A stretch of 24,792 nt of DNA from a virus (lineage: Duplodnaviria; Heunggongvirae; Uroviricota; Caudoviricetes). Position 1 is the first letter of the stretch. Each line of letters begins with the position of its first letter. Shown here one piece after another: positions 8,674 through 17,524 of this stretch. The stretch is from the IMG/VR virus record IMGVR_UViG_2648501235_000003, positions 1-24,792 of that record; one strand, 5' to 3'. The notes below the pieces were generated by a model. It was not told the origin of the DNA and did no database searches. It saw only the letters and a list, made by a program, of their open reading frames with translations. Made by a program: the position numbers and the translations under genes.

Positions 8674-11600
8674 TCAGCATTCCTCCGTCACGTCGCATGG
8701 ACAGCATCACCGCCTGCACCCGCTGGTCAATCAGCTGCACAAGACTGCCTGCCGCCTCCGGCCCTATCTGGCCATTAGTCCCGTCATTCTGAATGGCGAT
8801 ATGGTAGACCGGGGAATACACCAGACCCGCACTACCGTTCATACTGCCCACCGCTCGCACACCCAGCGAGCCATCCGCCGCCCGGGTCAGGGGCATAATG
8901 GCTTCAGGACCGGCCTCCCCCATCAGTCCCGCCCCTTTTGCAAAGGCAAAGTACGTGGGCGTATCCACAATACTGTTGCTGTACGCACTCAGGTTTGCCG
9001 AGGTATACACGCCGCCTTTTGCATTGGCCACCGCTCCGCCCAGCCAGTCACCAATGCTGCCGAGAAATCCTCCCGCACCGGACATACCGTTTGCCGCCGT
9101 CTTAATTCCGTTGACAATCGCGGCATTCATAAGAACTTTTGATATTTCCTGCAGGATTGATGCAGCCCAGCTGCGCCATTCCACTTTATTTCCGTTCAGC
9201 ATCTCCGTGATGTTATTCACCATCCCTGAGATACCGTCTGTCGCAAGCTGTGCTGCCTGTGAGGCGTAATCGGACGCATTATCCACCCAGTTACTGAATC
9301 CCTCCTGCAGCCCTTTCTGCCAGTCCGCACGCTGCACATCCGATTCGGCATAAAAGGCTTCCTGCTCTTTCAGACGTTCACTCAGATACTGTGCATTCTG
9401 CGCCAGCGCCTGTCTGTAAAAATCCTCACTGATATCCCCGGTCTGATACTGAGACTGAAGGTCCGCATCCTTCTGGCGGAAGCTGTCGCGGATCTGCTGC
9501 AACTCCCGCATGCGTTCCCTGGCCCGTTCTCCCTGCCCGTACCCCAGCAGTTCGGCTTCATTTGATGCACGCGCAGCCACATTCTCATTCTTCAGGGTCT
9601 CTTCCCGGGATCGCAACTGTTCCCGGATTTTTTGCTGGTCAATCAGGGCCGCGTTACGCAGCAGCTCCTGCTTCTGTATCTCCGACAGGGTTTTCAGTTC
9701 ACCCAGCGCTGTCTGGTACTTCAGCTTCGCCAGCTCCGTGTTCTGACCGGCCAGTGCCAGTTGCTCTTTCTGCTGCTTCAGCAGCCGGGAAAAACTGTCT
9801 TCCGCTTTTTCCGTTTCTGATTTTCCACCCCGGGATTTAGGTTTGTTCGCCTCGTTATTACGCCAGGCTTCCAGAGCATTACTGATATAACGCTGTCTCG
9901 CCTCCTGATACGGATCCCCCACAAAACCGAGGTCATCCGCCGCATACCCCAGCCGGGCACGCTCTTTTTCTTCCCCTTTCAGTCTGGACAGGGCCAGCTC
10001 ACGCTCTGTTTTTGTCAGGGCACTCTGCTGTTTATCATCCAGAGTGGCCTGTGGCAGCCGTAACGGCACATTCACCAGTCCCTGCCGCTGCTGAAGCAGT
10101 TCATTACCCAGCCCCAGCAGACGGTTGAATTCCGTATGCTGACCGTTCATAACCAGCATGGACTGGTACACCTTATTCTGCTCTGCCGCCTGCTGACGAA
10201 TTAACGCCACACGACGGTCTTCCAGCCCGGCAAGCACATCCTGAATGGACTGCGCTTTTTCCTGCATCTGTGCCAGACGGGACTGCTCAACGGCAAGCTG
10301 CTCTGTTGCCTGAGCAAGCCCTTCCGTTACGGTCTTCACCGAGGTCAGATGGTTTATCATGAATCCGTCACCGGTCGTCCAGCCCGGGTTCGCCAGAACA
10401 TACTGATATCCTGCGATTTTTTCCTGCAGGGATTTCACCCGACTGGCCTGTTCATCAATCAGCCGGTTCTGCTCTGTCAGCGCCGCCCGTGTTCGTCCTT
10501 CATTATCTGAGGCTTCAGGCAGAGACATTGACGGCGTTTTATGCGCGATTTCATCTATCGTCAGTGCATACTGGCGCGCAGACTCCCTGGCCTGCTCCTG
10601 ATTCTGGTACAGCGTGTACCATGCTGCAGCCCCCAGCATCACCAGTCCGGGTACGCCACCAACCAGCCCCAGCGCACCGCTCATCAGACGTGAGCCCACC
10701 GCCGTTGTACTGTTCAGCGCATTCTGGGCGGCGCTTCTGGCAGCAATATTTCTGTTCAGGCGTTCCTGTGTGGCCGCCAGACGGGCCTCTGCAGCAATCT
10801 GCATCTCCGTCCCGCGGGCTGCCGCCACGGCCTGCTGAGCACGGTACACGGCTGCCCTTGCCCGCGCCGTGGCAATCTGCGTTCCCCTGAACTGTGCTTC
10901 CGCCAGTGCAACTTCATTACGTGCAGCCGTCACAAGTCCTGCCGTGGCAGACATCGCTCCGGAGGCCATATTGCCAAAGTACCGGGCCACCCCGACGGCA
11001 ACCAGTGCCCCCACGGCTGTTGCCACATTATCAATCTGTCCGGCAACACCGTTCAGCATGCCGGAGAGCGTTTTTGTCACCCCGCTGGCCTCATTCGCAC
11101 CGCCCACCCAGGCCATAAAGGCGTTTTCCACCTTTGTGATCCCGTCAGAGACCGTTTCTGGCATGGCGGCATATTCATCACGCAATGTCCCCAGCTGGCT
11201 GATTAACGCGGGCACGACTTTATCCGCCGTCAGTTGACCATCGTCCGCCATCGCCTTCAGATCTTTACGGGCCACGCCCATGCCTGCAGCCAGTGCACGA
11301 ATGATCCGGTCACCACTTTCATTGACCGAATTAAATTCCTCACCGCGCAACACACCCTGTGCCAGCGCCTGGCTGAACTGGGTGATCACCGAACCCGCCT
11401 CAGCCGTACTGGCACCGGAGATTTTCAGCCCCGTGGAAATGGCCTCCGTCACCTTCAGTACATCACCGGCACTGTAACCATATTCACGCATCGAGGCTGC
11501 CGAACGGGCAAACAGGGCCGCATTATCCGAAAAAGCGGTACCTGTCCGCTGACTGATATCCATCAGCACTTTCTGTGATGACGAAAATTCATCGGATGAC

Positions 11601-11908
11601 TGTGATGCCTGTTTCAGACGGGCATTCACGGAACTCCACTCATCAGCCAATGAAATCAGGTGTCCGGTGGCAAAGGCACCGGCAAATGCGCCAGCCATTC
11701 CGACAGCCGAAGCGCGGATTTCCGTCAACTGGCTGTTCAGTTCTGCCAGGGCACGTCGCTGCTCCCGGGCTGCCGCAGCGGCCTGACGCCCGCCATTCTG
11801 CAGGGTCCGGTAATATTCACTGCCCATACGGGAAGCCCGCTGGATCTCCGACTGGAATGACTGTGAATTTGCCGAAATTTTGATAATCAGTTCACGTAAC
11901 GTCGCCAT
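8666..11908 (-). CDS. H: Tail tape measure protein H
   Basis: 1080 aa, MATLRELIIKISANSQSFQSE..., coiled-coil and Gly/Ala-rich segments typical of tape measure proteins; ATG at 11908 preceded by GGAGAAAGGTGA. Confidence 0.92.
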   Translation of the reverse strand: MATLRELIIKISANSQSFQSEIQRASRMGSEYYRTLQNGGRQAAAAAREQRRALAELNSQLTEIRASAVGMAGAFAGAFATGHLISLADEWSSVNARLKQASQSSDEFSSSQKVLMDISQRTGTAFSDNAALFARSAASMREYGYSAGDVLKVTEAISTGLKISGASTAEAGSVITQFSQALAQGVLRGEEFNSVNESGDRIIRALAAGMGVARKDLKAMADDGQLTADKVVPALISQLGTLRDEYAAMPETVSDGITKVENAFMAWVGGANEASGVTKTLSGMLNGVAGQIDNVATAVGALVAVGVARYFGNMASGAMSATAGLVTAARNEVALAEAQFRGTQIATARARAAVYRAQQAVAAARGTEMQIAAEARLAATQERLNRNIAARSAAQNALNSTTAVGSRLMSGALGLVGGVPGLVMLGAAAWYTLYQNQEQARESARQYALTIDEIAHKTPSMSLPEASDNEGRTRAALTEQNRLIDEQASRVKSLQEKIAGYQYVLANPGWTTGDGFMINHLTSVKTVTEGLAQATEQLAVEQSRLAQMQEKAQSIQDVLAGLEDRRVALIRQQAAEQNKVYQSMLVMNGQHTEFNRLLGLGNELLQQRQGLVNVPLRLPQATLDDKQQSALTKTERELALSRLKGEEKERARLGYAADDLGFVGDPYQEARQRYISNALEAWRNNEANKPKSRGGKSETEKAEDSFSRLLKQQKEQLALAGQNTELAKLKYQTALGELKTLSEIQKQELLRNAALIDQQKIREQLRSREETLKNENVAARASNEAELLGYGQGERARERMRELQQIRDSFRQKDADLQSQYQTGDISEDFYRQALAQNAQYLSERLKEQEAFYAESDVQRADWQKGLQEGFSNWVDNASDYASQAAQLATDGISGMVNNITEMLNGNKVEWRSWAASILQEISKVLMNAAIVNGIKTAANGMSGAGGFLGSIGDWLGGAVANAKGGVYTSANLSAYSNSIVDTPTYFAFAKGAGLMGEAGPEAIMPLTRAADGSLGVRAVGSMNGSAGLVYSPVYHIAIQNDGTNGQIGPEAAGSLVQLIDQRVQAVMLSMRRDGGMLSG

Positions 11909-11955
11909 TCACCTTTCTCCGGGCGTAAAAAAACCGCCTCAGCGGTTCTCATCAT

Positions 11956-12635
11956 TCATGACTGTGCTGCAAAGCTCAGCGCGTCTTCCAGCGCCGCAAA
12001 CGGATCCACCTCCGGCTTATCCTCATCCTCGCCCCAGCAGAGCATGGCGTCCTTCAGTGCAACATTCATCCCCTGTGCCCCGAAAACCGCTTTCACGATC
12101 TGTGCATTACGGATATCCCCGCGCTCATCACCCAGCGGGGACACCCTGTCAAACTCCATCCACATCATCGCCTCGCTCGCACTCAGGCTGTGCCGCAGTT
12201 CGGATAAGGTGCGCCCCAGACGGAGCGCAAGTCGCATCAGAAAGCGAATTTCCGGGCGGGCTACTTTTTTCTGGCCGACTCTGCATCAGCGATCAGTTCC
12301 AGTGCCTGACGCAGCAACCGGGCATGTACCGGACCATAGACGGCCAGCACCTGCTCACGGTCGTCCGGAGTGAACACCCGTTGCAGGTCAGTATCACACA
12401 GGACATCGCAGAACAGCGTCACATCCGCTTCCAGGTTACGGCGGGTTTTCGCCACCACCGACAGGGTATCGTCATCCTCTCCATCACCATTGAGCACTTC
12501 CTGCCACAGATACCAGGCCTCTGCCGAAGGCTCCCGCAGCACCACGCTGACATTTCCCCATTCCGGCACCTTCACCGTTTTATGACGGAACCCTGACAGT
12601 CTGGCCAGCGCCAGTGTTTTCAGATCTTTTGCCAT
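11956..12635 (-). CDS. GT: G-T tail assembly chaperone fusion made by -1 programmed ribosomal frameshift; T-frame part is 11956-12270
   Basis: The ORF downstream of G (MRLALRLGRTLSE...) is in the -1 frame relative to G and is reachable by slipping at the A_AAA_AAG heptamer at the end of G. Confidence 0.7.
12261..12635 (-). CDS. G: Tail assembly chaperone G
   Basis: 124 aa, MAKDLKTLALARLSGF...ADAESARKK; sits between the major tail protein and the tape measure as in lambda; ATG at 12635. Confidence 0.85.
   Translation of the reverse strand: MAKDLKTLALARLSGFRHKTVKVPEWGNVSVVLREPSAEAWYLWQEVLNGDGEDDDTLSVVAKTRRNLEADVTLFCDVLCDTDLQRVFTPDDREQVLAVYGPVHARLLRQALELIADAESARKK
12264..12270 (-). other. Slippery heptamer A_AAA_AAG for the G to GT -1 frameshift
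   Basis: Minus strand reads GCC AGA AAA AAG TAG; the heptamer A AAA AAG is in the G zero frame immediately before its stop codon. Confidence 0.7.
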
Positions 12636-12640
12636 AAGCC

Positions 12641-13357
12641 TTATCCGCCCGCACCATTAACCGTTACTGTACACGCATCAGAGGTAATGCTCTGCGGCTG
12701 TTCTGCAGAATCCGTTACCTCGCAGGTATAAGCCCCCTTATCACCTGACTGCGTATTGGCTTTACTGAAAGTGTCAGTAGTCTGTCCCTCTACCGGCTGA
12801 CCATCCTTCTTCCAGGCGTGTTTATAAGGCGGCGTTCCCCCGTTGACACTGACTGACATTGTCAGCAGCGCACCGGTATTCACGGTAAGTGTCTTCTCCA
12901 GATTTTTCACAAACGCCAGCGGTACCACATAGGACACCGGTTTACCCTTCAGGCGAAGTGAAAACGTTGCAGCCACCACGCCGTTGGTACCGGATGACCA
13001 GGTGTGCTGACGCACTTCCGCCAGGAACTTAAAGCCCTTACCGGACGGAAACTGCACCTTAAACGCATACACCGTGTCATTGTCATAGGCATCACGCAGG
13101 GCGTTCTGGGCCTGATTCAGATAAAAATTACCCGACATGGAAATCTCGGACGACGCCCCCAGACCGTTGATGTTCTCCTGCTCCGTGGAGCAGAGCGTGG
13201 TCACATCAATATCCTGTTTCTGCCCGGCGGTGAACTGGACTTCCTTGATGGTGCAGTCCAGGCGCAGATATTCCGCCTTATCCATAGTTTCAGCAGTCGC
13301 CGGGGCAGATGAAATCATCACCTGCGTCAGCTGTGAGCGTTCATACAAAGCAGACAT
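12641..13357 (-). CDS. Major tail tube protein with C-terminal Ig-like domain
   Basis: 238 aa immediately upstream of G/GT; C-terminal region (...GTPPYKHAWKKDGQPVEG...GDKGAYTCEVTD...) has an Ig-like sequence pattern; ATG at 13357 with AGGAGG 5 nt upstream. Confidence 0.8.
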   Translation of the reverse strand: MSALYERSQLTQVMISSAPATAETMDKAEYLRLDCTIKEVQFTAGQKQDIDVTTLCSTEQENINGLGASSEISMSGNFYLNQAQNALRDAYDNDTVYAFKVQFPSGKGFKFLAEVRQHTWSSGTNGVVAATFSLRLKGKPVSYVVPLAFVKNLEKTLTVNTGALLTMSVSVNGGTPPYKHAWKKDGQPVEGQTTDTFSKANTQSGDKGAYTCEVTDSAEQPQSITSDACTVTVNGAGG

Positions 13358-13373
13358 TCTGCCTCCTGATAAT

Positions 13374-13393
13374 AAAAAAACCGCACGCGGCGG
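13374..13393 (-). promoter_or_regulatory. Short hairpin plus U7 leader element immediately upstream of the major tail gene Shine-Dalgarno
   Basis: Minus strand CCGC-cgcgt-GCGG TTTTTTT ATTATCAGGAGGCAG A ATG; closely resembles the leader upstream of the capsid gene at 19478-19500. Confidence 0.4.
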
Positions 13394-13423
13394 GGTATGG
13401 GTTTTGTAGAAAAAAAGAAAAAG

Positions 13424-13768
13424 TCACACCGTGACCTGAAACTCCAGGGTTGCACGGTAACAGCGGTTTTCCGGAATATAGTCCTGCATTTCACTGACGG
13501 ATCCCGGGGCCAGCAGCATTATGGCTTCACGGGCGTCCTGACGTATCTGACGCGCCTGCGTCACAGTCCCGGCATAAACGTCTATCTGCACCGACACTGA
13601 GGACTCCGCCTGCCCGCCCATCACGTCCGCAGACACCGATGAAATCAGGCTGAAAACCACCCACGGAAGCGCCACCGACGGCCTGCCATCCAGCAGGGGG
13701 ACCACATACGGGTACACCTGCCCGCCGGCAAGATGCGCCAGATGAGGATACAAATCCGCCTCCGTCAT
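13424..13768 (-). CDS. Tail terminator / tail completion protein (DUF3168-like)
   Basis: 114 aa; position directly upstream of the major tail gene; ATGA overlap with the upstream gene; sequence pattern resembles DUF3168 as I recall it. Confidence 0.6.
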   Translation of the reverse strand: MTEADLYPHLAHLAGGQVYPYVVPLLDGRPSVALPWVVFSLISSVSADVMGGQAESSVSVQIDVYAGTVTQARQIRQDAREAIMLLAPGSVSEMQDYIPENRCYRATLEFQVTV

Positions 13769-14211
13769 CGTCTCAGTACCTCATCAATGGCCCGGTTCAT
13801 CCGAGCAATCGCCACCTGTGCTGCCTGTTCACTGCGCACATCAAATGCCGGACGCACAAACGGGTGCGGTGGCATATTCACGGTCCCCATTTCCACAAAC
13901 CGCCAGTAGAAAGCATTGCGCGGGTTATCCGCCTTCATGGTGTTATCGCTGTTACCGGTGTCCGGATTAACACCACGGATATGGACACCGGATTCCATCC
14001 CGCCATCGCGGGAGCGCCGGGAAAGGACCACCACATTGCGGCGCAGTTTCCCCCTGCGTACCGGTGCCCGTGACACCACTTCTTCTTTCAGCACATTCGC
14101 CCCCGCACGGGTTGCCTCACGCAGCACCCGGTTATTTTCTGCACCACTCAGAAGCTGCAAATCGCGGCTGATGTCCTCCAGCCCCGAAAAATCCAGCAGG
14201 GTTTCGATCAT
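13765..14211 (-). CDS. HK97 gp10-like tail component protein
   Basis: 148 aa with C-terminal ...FVEMGTVNMPPHPFVRPAFD motif typical of the HK97 gp10 family; ATGA overlaps at both ends. Confidence 0.7.
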   Translation of the reverse strand: MIETLLDFSGLEDISRDLQLLSGAENNRVLREATRAGANVLKEEVVSRAPVRRGKLRRNVVVLSRRSRDGGMESGVHIRGVNPDTGNSDNTMKADNPRNAFYWRFVEMGTVNMPPHPFVRPAFDVRSEQAAQVAIARMNRAIDEVLRR

Positions 14212-14558
14212 TTTTCACCTCCCAGCCGACAGAGAATTTCCAGACGTCCGCCGGTCGCATCCGGCACGGGCAGCCCGACAACGTTCAGGATCCGGTCACG
14301 CCAGGGACCACTCAGCACATGAAGTCGTGACGCTGCCGTGATTTCCCGACCGGACTGACCGCGCACCCAGATGCGGATTTCCGCCTGCGCCATTTCCGCA
14401 CCGGACTGCATCCGCTCCCGGCTGCTCCTGCCACGGATATCCGCATGAATTTTCCCGCATGACACCCATTCTTCCGTCATTTCTCCGGCAGCATTACGGG
14501 TTAACACCGGGTTCAGAACACTTATCATCTGTGTCAGACGACCTGCAGATATTGCCAT
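14208..14558 (-). CDS. Head closure / head-tail joining protein
   Basis: 116 aa; position between connector and gp10-like genes; strong GAGGAGGGGG Shine-Dalgarno before ATG 14558. Confidence 0.6.
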   Translation of the reverse strand: MAISAGRLTQMISVLNPVLTRNAAGEMTEEWVSCGKIHADIRGRSSRERMQSGAEMAQAEIRIWVRGQSGREITAASRLHVLSGPWRDRILNVVGLPVPDATGGRLEILCRLGGEK

Positions 14559-14567
14559 TCCCCCTCC

Positions 14568-14894
14568 TCATAACACCGTCGGACAACGCAAATCGTAAAT
14601 CAGCACGGAAACAGAAAACGGCAGCTCCCCCTGAATCAGTTCTTCCCGCTCCGCAAGATCCGGATTCCGGTACAGCATCCCGGTCAGTCGCATGGCAGCC
14701 CCCTTCATCCGGGTTAATGCCTCGCCCGGGATCAGTTCACCGTCCTCACGAATCACCTTATCCCGGCTGCCCTGAATGTAGGCCAGCAGCACGGCGGTAG
14801 CCTGACGAACCTTGTCCATCAGCATGTCATCATCCGCGTCATGGTCGACACGCAGATGTGCCTTGATCTCTTCCAGTGTCAGTAATGCCGTCAT
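14568..14894 (-). CDS. Head-tail connector protein (HK97 gp6-like)
   Basis: 108 aa starting MTALLTLEEIKAHLRVDHDADDDMLMDKV, a characteristic gp6-like N-terminus; ATGA overlap with the upstream gene. Confidence 0.7.
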   Translation of the reverse strand: MTALLTLEEIKAHLRVDHDADDDMLMDKVRQATAVLLAYIQGSRDKVIREDGELIPGEALTRMKGAAMRLTGMLYRNPDLAEREELIQGELPFSVSVLIYDLRCPTVL

Positions 14895-15952
14895 TTTCCG
14901 CCTCCAGCATCCCGTCCCCGTTTGGCAGCCAGCGTCCAGCCAGATGCATGCGCATCCCCCGGTTTATCGGCGGTCATACTGTTGCAGTGCCACAGCGAGC
15001 CCCCCCACGTCACCGTATCGCCGGGGTGGTAGGTTTCACCGGCTCTGAACACTCCGCGGTAGAGCATCACCGGCAGGGAAAATGTTTTTTCCGTACACTG
15101 GCCACTGCTCTGCCGGATCACCACAGAGAACAACCGCTCACCCGTCATACTGACGTCAATATCCGCCACCCCGTCAACCAGGCATTCCCATCCCCGCATC
15201 CCGTGCGTTTTTTCATACGCCCGCCAGAGTCCTCCAAGGTGTGTGGCATACGTGCCCCGGGGAAAGGATTTTTGATCGTCAATGGCGGGGAGCACTTCCA
15301 GTGCCGTGGCATCACGCCCGTCCTGCGGAGCCGGCAGGGCATTCACCGCCTCCAGAACCGCCTTCCGCAGAACATCGGGATCGAAGTCACGACCATCACG
15401 CGGAACGGGAATATGGCTTACAGCCTCTTTCACCATCTGCTCAAGCATCGGACGCACATCATCGGGGGTGATACTTTTGCCGTCCGCCGGTACCGGAATT
15501 CTCCCGACCGCATCATTCACCGCCTGCTTCAGTACTTCCGGATCGTAATCACGACCATCGCGGGGAGCTGGAATATGGCCCACTGCCTCCGCCACCATCT
15601 GCTCAAGCATCGGACGCACATCATCGGGGGTAATACTTTTGCCGTCCGCCGGTACCGGAATATTCGCAACCGCATCATTCACCGCCTGCTGCAGTACATC
15701 CGGATCATAATCACGACCATCACGCGGTACCGGAATGGCCCCCACAGCGTCATCCACCATCGCCTGCAGAACCGGACGCACCTCATCCACCGTCACATGC
15801 TTCTGTAATACCGCCGACAGGGAAGTCAGTTTCTCTTCAAACGCTTGTGCCTGCGAGGCCATCTTCCCCTCAAATGTGCGCTGTAAATCCGCCAGCACCG
15901 TGGAGAATTCTTCACCCAGCGCACGGATAATGGACAGTTCACGCTCTGTCAT
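14891..15952 (-). CDS. Hypothetical head-module protein with three tandem 54-aa repeats
   Basis: 353 aa; ATG at 15952 overlaps the portal stop (ATGA); coiled-coil-like N-terminus, three repeats with motif IPVPRDGRDYDPDVL...AVNDAV...IPVPADGKSITPDDVRPMLEQMV, then a Trp/Gly-rich C-terminal domain. Confidence 0.7.
   Translation of the reverse strand: MTERELSIIRALGEEFSTVLADLQRTFEGKMASQAQAFEEKLTSLSAVLQKHVTVDEVRPVLQAMVDDAVGAIPVPRDGRDYDPDVLQQAVNDAVANIPVPADGKSITPDDVRPMLEQMVAEAVGHIPAPRDGRDYDPEVLKQAVNDAVGRIPVPADGKSITPDDVRPMLEQMVKEAVSHIPVPRDGRDFDPDVLRKAVLEAVNALPAPQDGRDATALEVLPAIDDQKSFPRGTYATHLGGLWRAYEKTHGMRGWECLVDGVADIDVSMTGERLFSVVIRQSSGQCTEKTFSLPVMLYRGVFRAGETYHPGDTVTWGGSLWHCNSMTADKPGDAHASGWTLAAKRGRDAGGGK
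15302..15787 (-). repeat. Tandem 162-bp in-frame coding repeats (about 3 copies)
   Basis: caccatctgctcaagcatcggacgcacatcatcggggg occurs at 15431 and 15593 (period 162 nt); a third, more diverged copy lies upstream. Confidence 0.8.
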
Positions 15953-17313
15953 TTTCGCAGTATCCCCCTCAACATCGCTTTCACCGCACCATGCTCTGTT
16001 TCACTGATTGCCTTATTACCGTCAGATGCGCCGTCAGGCAGTTGGGCTGAAACTCTTTTCCCGGACGACGCAAACGGATCTTCACGGGCATCACGACGGG
16101 ACAGCGCCTCCAGACTGTAGTTCTGCTGCTGAAGATACAGTGCATCACCGCCGGCAAGGGGCGGCAGGTTCTCACGTTTACGGGCCTCATTGGGCGTGAG
16201 AAGCGTATTTTTCACCGACTCACCCAGCGTTTTCATGCGCCGTTCGCTGTCCATTCTCAGCAGCGTGGTGACGTCAAACTCCGTACTCTCGTTTTCCCCC
16301 GTTTCCAGCGCCTCATCCAGTAACAGCTCAATGGACTCAATCAGCGTCTGCAGACACTGGGAATAATACTGCTGCTCCAGCGCCTCCACGTTGTCACTGG
16401 AAGGCGGCTGGCCAACGCCAATCTTGTAGGCCGGGACACGGAACACCGAACAGACAATTTCAGCCGTCATCTTCAGTTGTTCCACCGTCTGCGCATCCAC
16501 CGGTGAAAACGTCGTGGGGTTATATTTCGCCCCGTTGCTCAGGATCGCCGTTTTCCCCGCATTTTCGCCGGTATACCCGCTGTCCCAGTTGCTCTTCAGT
16601 TTTTTCGCATTTTCTTCCGTTATACTGCCGGGGATCTCAATCACCCCGGACGGCCTGCCGCCATTTCTGAAAAAAGACGTTGAATTTGCCTGAATATGAT
16701 GCCCCTGCGTGGCCGCCAGCCCGGCGGCATACACCGGCGGCAGCCCCACAAGCGGATGAAAAAAACAGTTAAACCGGTCGTGGATCACTTCCCTGGCAGG
16801 CACCGTCACCGCCTCCGTGATCCCGCAGTTCCGGTCCGGCGTGATGCGGTAGAACACCTCGCCGTCATCCGCCACCAGAGGTTCAACCCGGCTCCAGTCC
16901 AGAATACGCAGTTCTTTGATCTGCCCCCGGGAGTTACGGATTTTCAGCACCACCGTATTGCCGTGACGCAGTTTGGCGTTCAGCCACAGTTCAAAAAACT
17001 GGATACGATTCTGCTGTGCATTGGGACGACGACAGAGACGGGCAATATCCCCCTGCCGTTTTTCACGGCGGATCCCCTGTGTATCCGTCTGCATCAGGCG
17101 CAGCCGCATTTTGGCGATATCCTGGGATATCAGCGAAATGCAAGAAAACACCGCATGAAAGGAGAGGACACTTTCCGGATCGGCTTTCACCCCCTGCTGC
17201 CAGGCGCCGGCAAAGGGCTCAGCCACCGCCTGAAACAGGCTGGTCCAGCCCACCTCTTTTACATCACGTCCTGATTTCTGGTTTTTTCGGGTTCGTCGCA
17301 AAAAGTTCCACAT
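15949..17313 (-). CDS. Portal protein (HK97-family)
   Basis: 454 aa with FFRNGGRPSGVIE and flanking motifs characteristic of HK97-type portals; ATG at 17313. Confidence 0.85.
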   Translation of the reverse strand: MWNFLRRTRKNQKSGRDVKEVGWTSLFQAVAEPFAGAWQQGVKADPESVLSFHAVFSCISLISQDIAKMRLRLMQTDTQGIRREKRQGDIARLCRRPNAQQNRIQFFELWLNAKLRHGNTVVLKIRNSRGQIKELRILDWSRVEPLVADDGEVFYRITPDRNCGITEAVTVPAREVIHDRFNCFFHPLVGLPPVYAAGLAATQGHHIQANSTSFFRNGGRPSGVIEIPGSITEENAKKLKSNWDSGYTGENAGKTAILSNGAKYNPTTFSPVDAQTVEQLKMTAEIVCSVFRVPAYKIGVGQPPSSDNVEALEQQYYSQCLQTLIESIELLLDEALETGENESTEFDVTTLLRMDSERRMKTLGESVKNTLLTPNEARKRENLPPLAGGDALYLQQQNYSLEALSRRDAREDPFASSGKRVSAQLPDGASDGNKAISETEHGAVKAMLRGILRK

Positions 17314-17524
17314 TCGCTATGCTCCGCATCATGTTTCTTTTTCTGACCCGCCGGACGTCGCGCTGTGATGTACTCCGCCTTCCTCAGGCGAACCAGCACC
17401 TCCGCACACGGCTGTGCGACATCCCGGATATCCCCGGGCCGGGCATCATGTGTACCCTGCAGATATCGGATTTTTGCCATCAGTTACTGCGGGACGCTCT
17501 CACCTCCCGCCCTCCTCATCAGAC

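Noticed and set aside
15302-15787. Possible CRISPR array suggested by regular tandem repeats
   Set aside because: The repeats are 162 bp, in frame and contiguous with no spacers, inside a protein-coding gene. The same reasoning applies to the collagen-like tract at 848-1171 and the effector repeats at 1-191.
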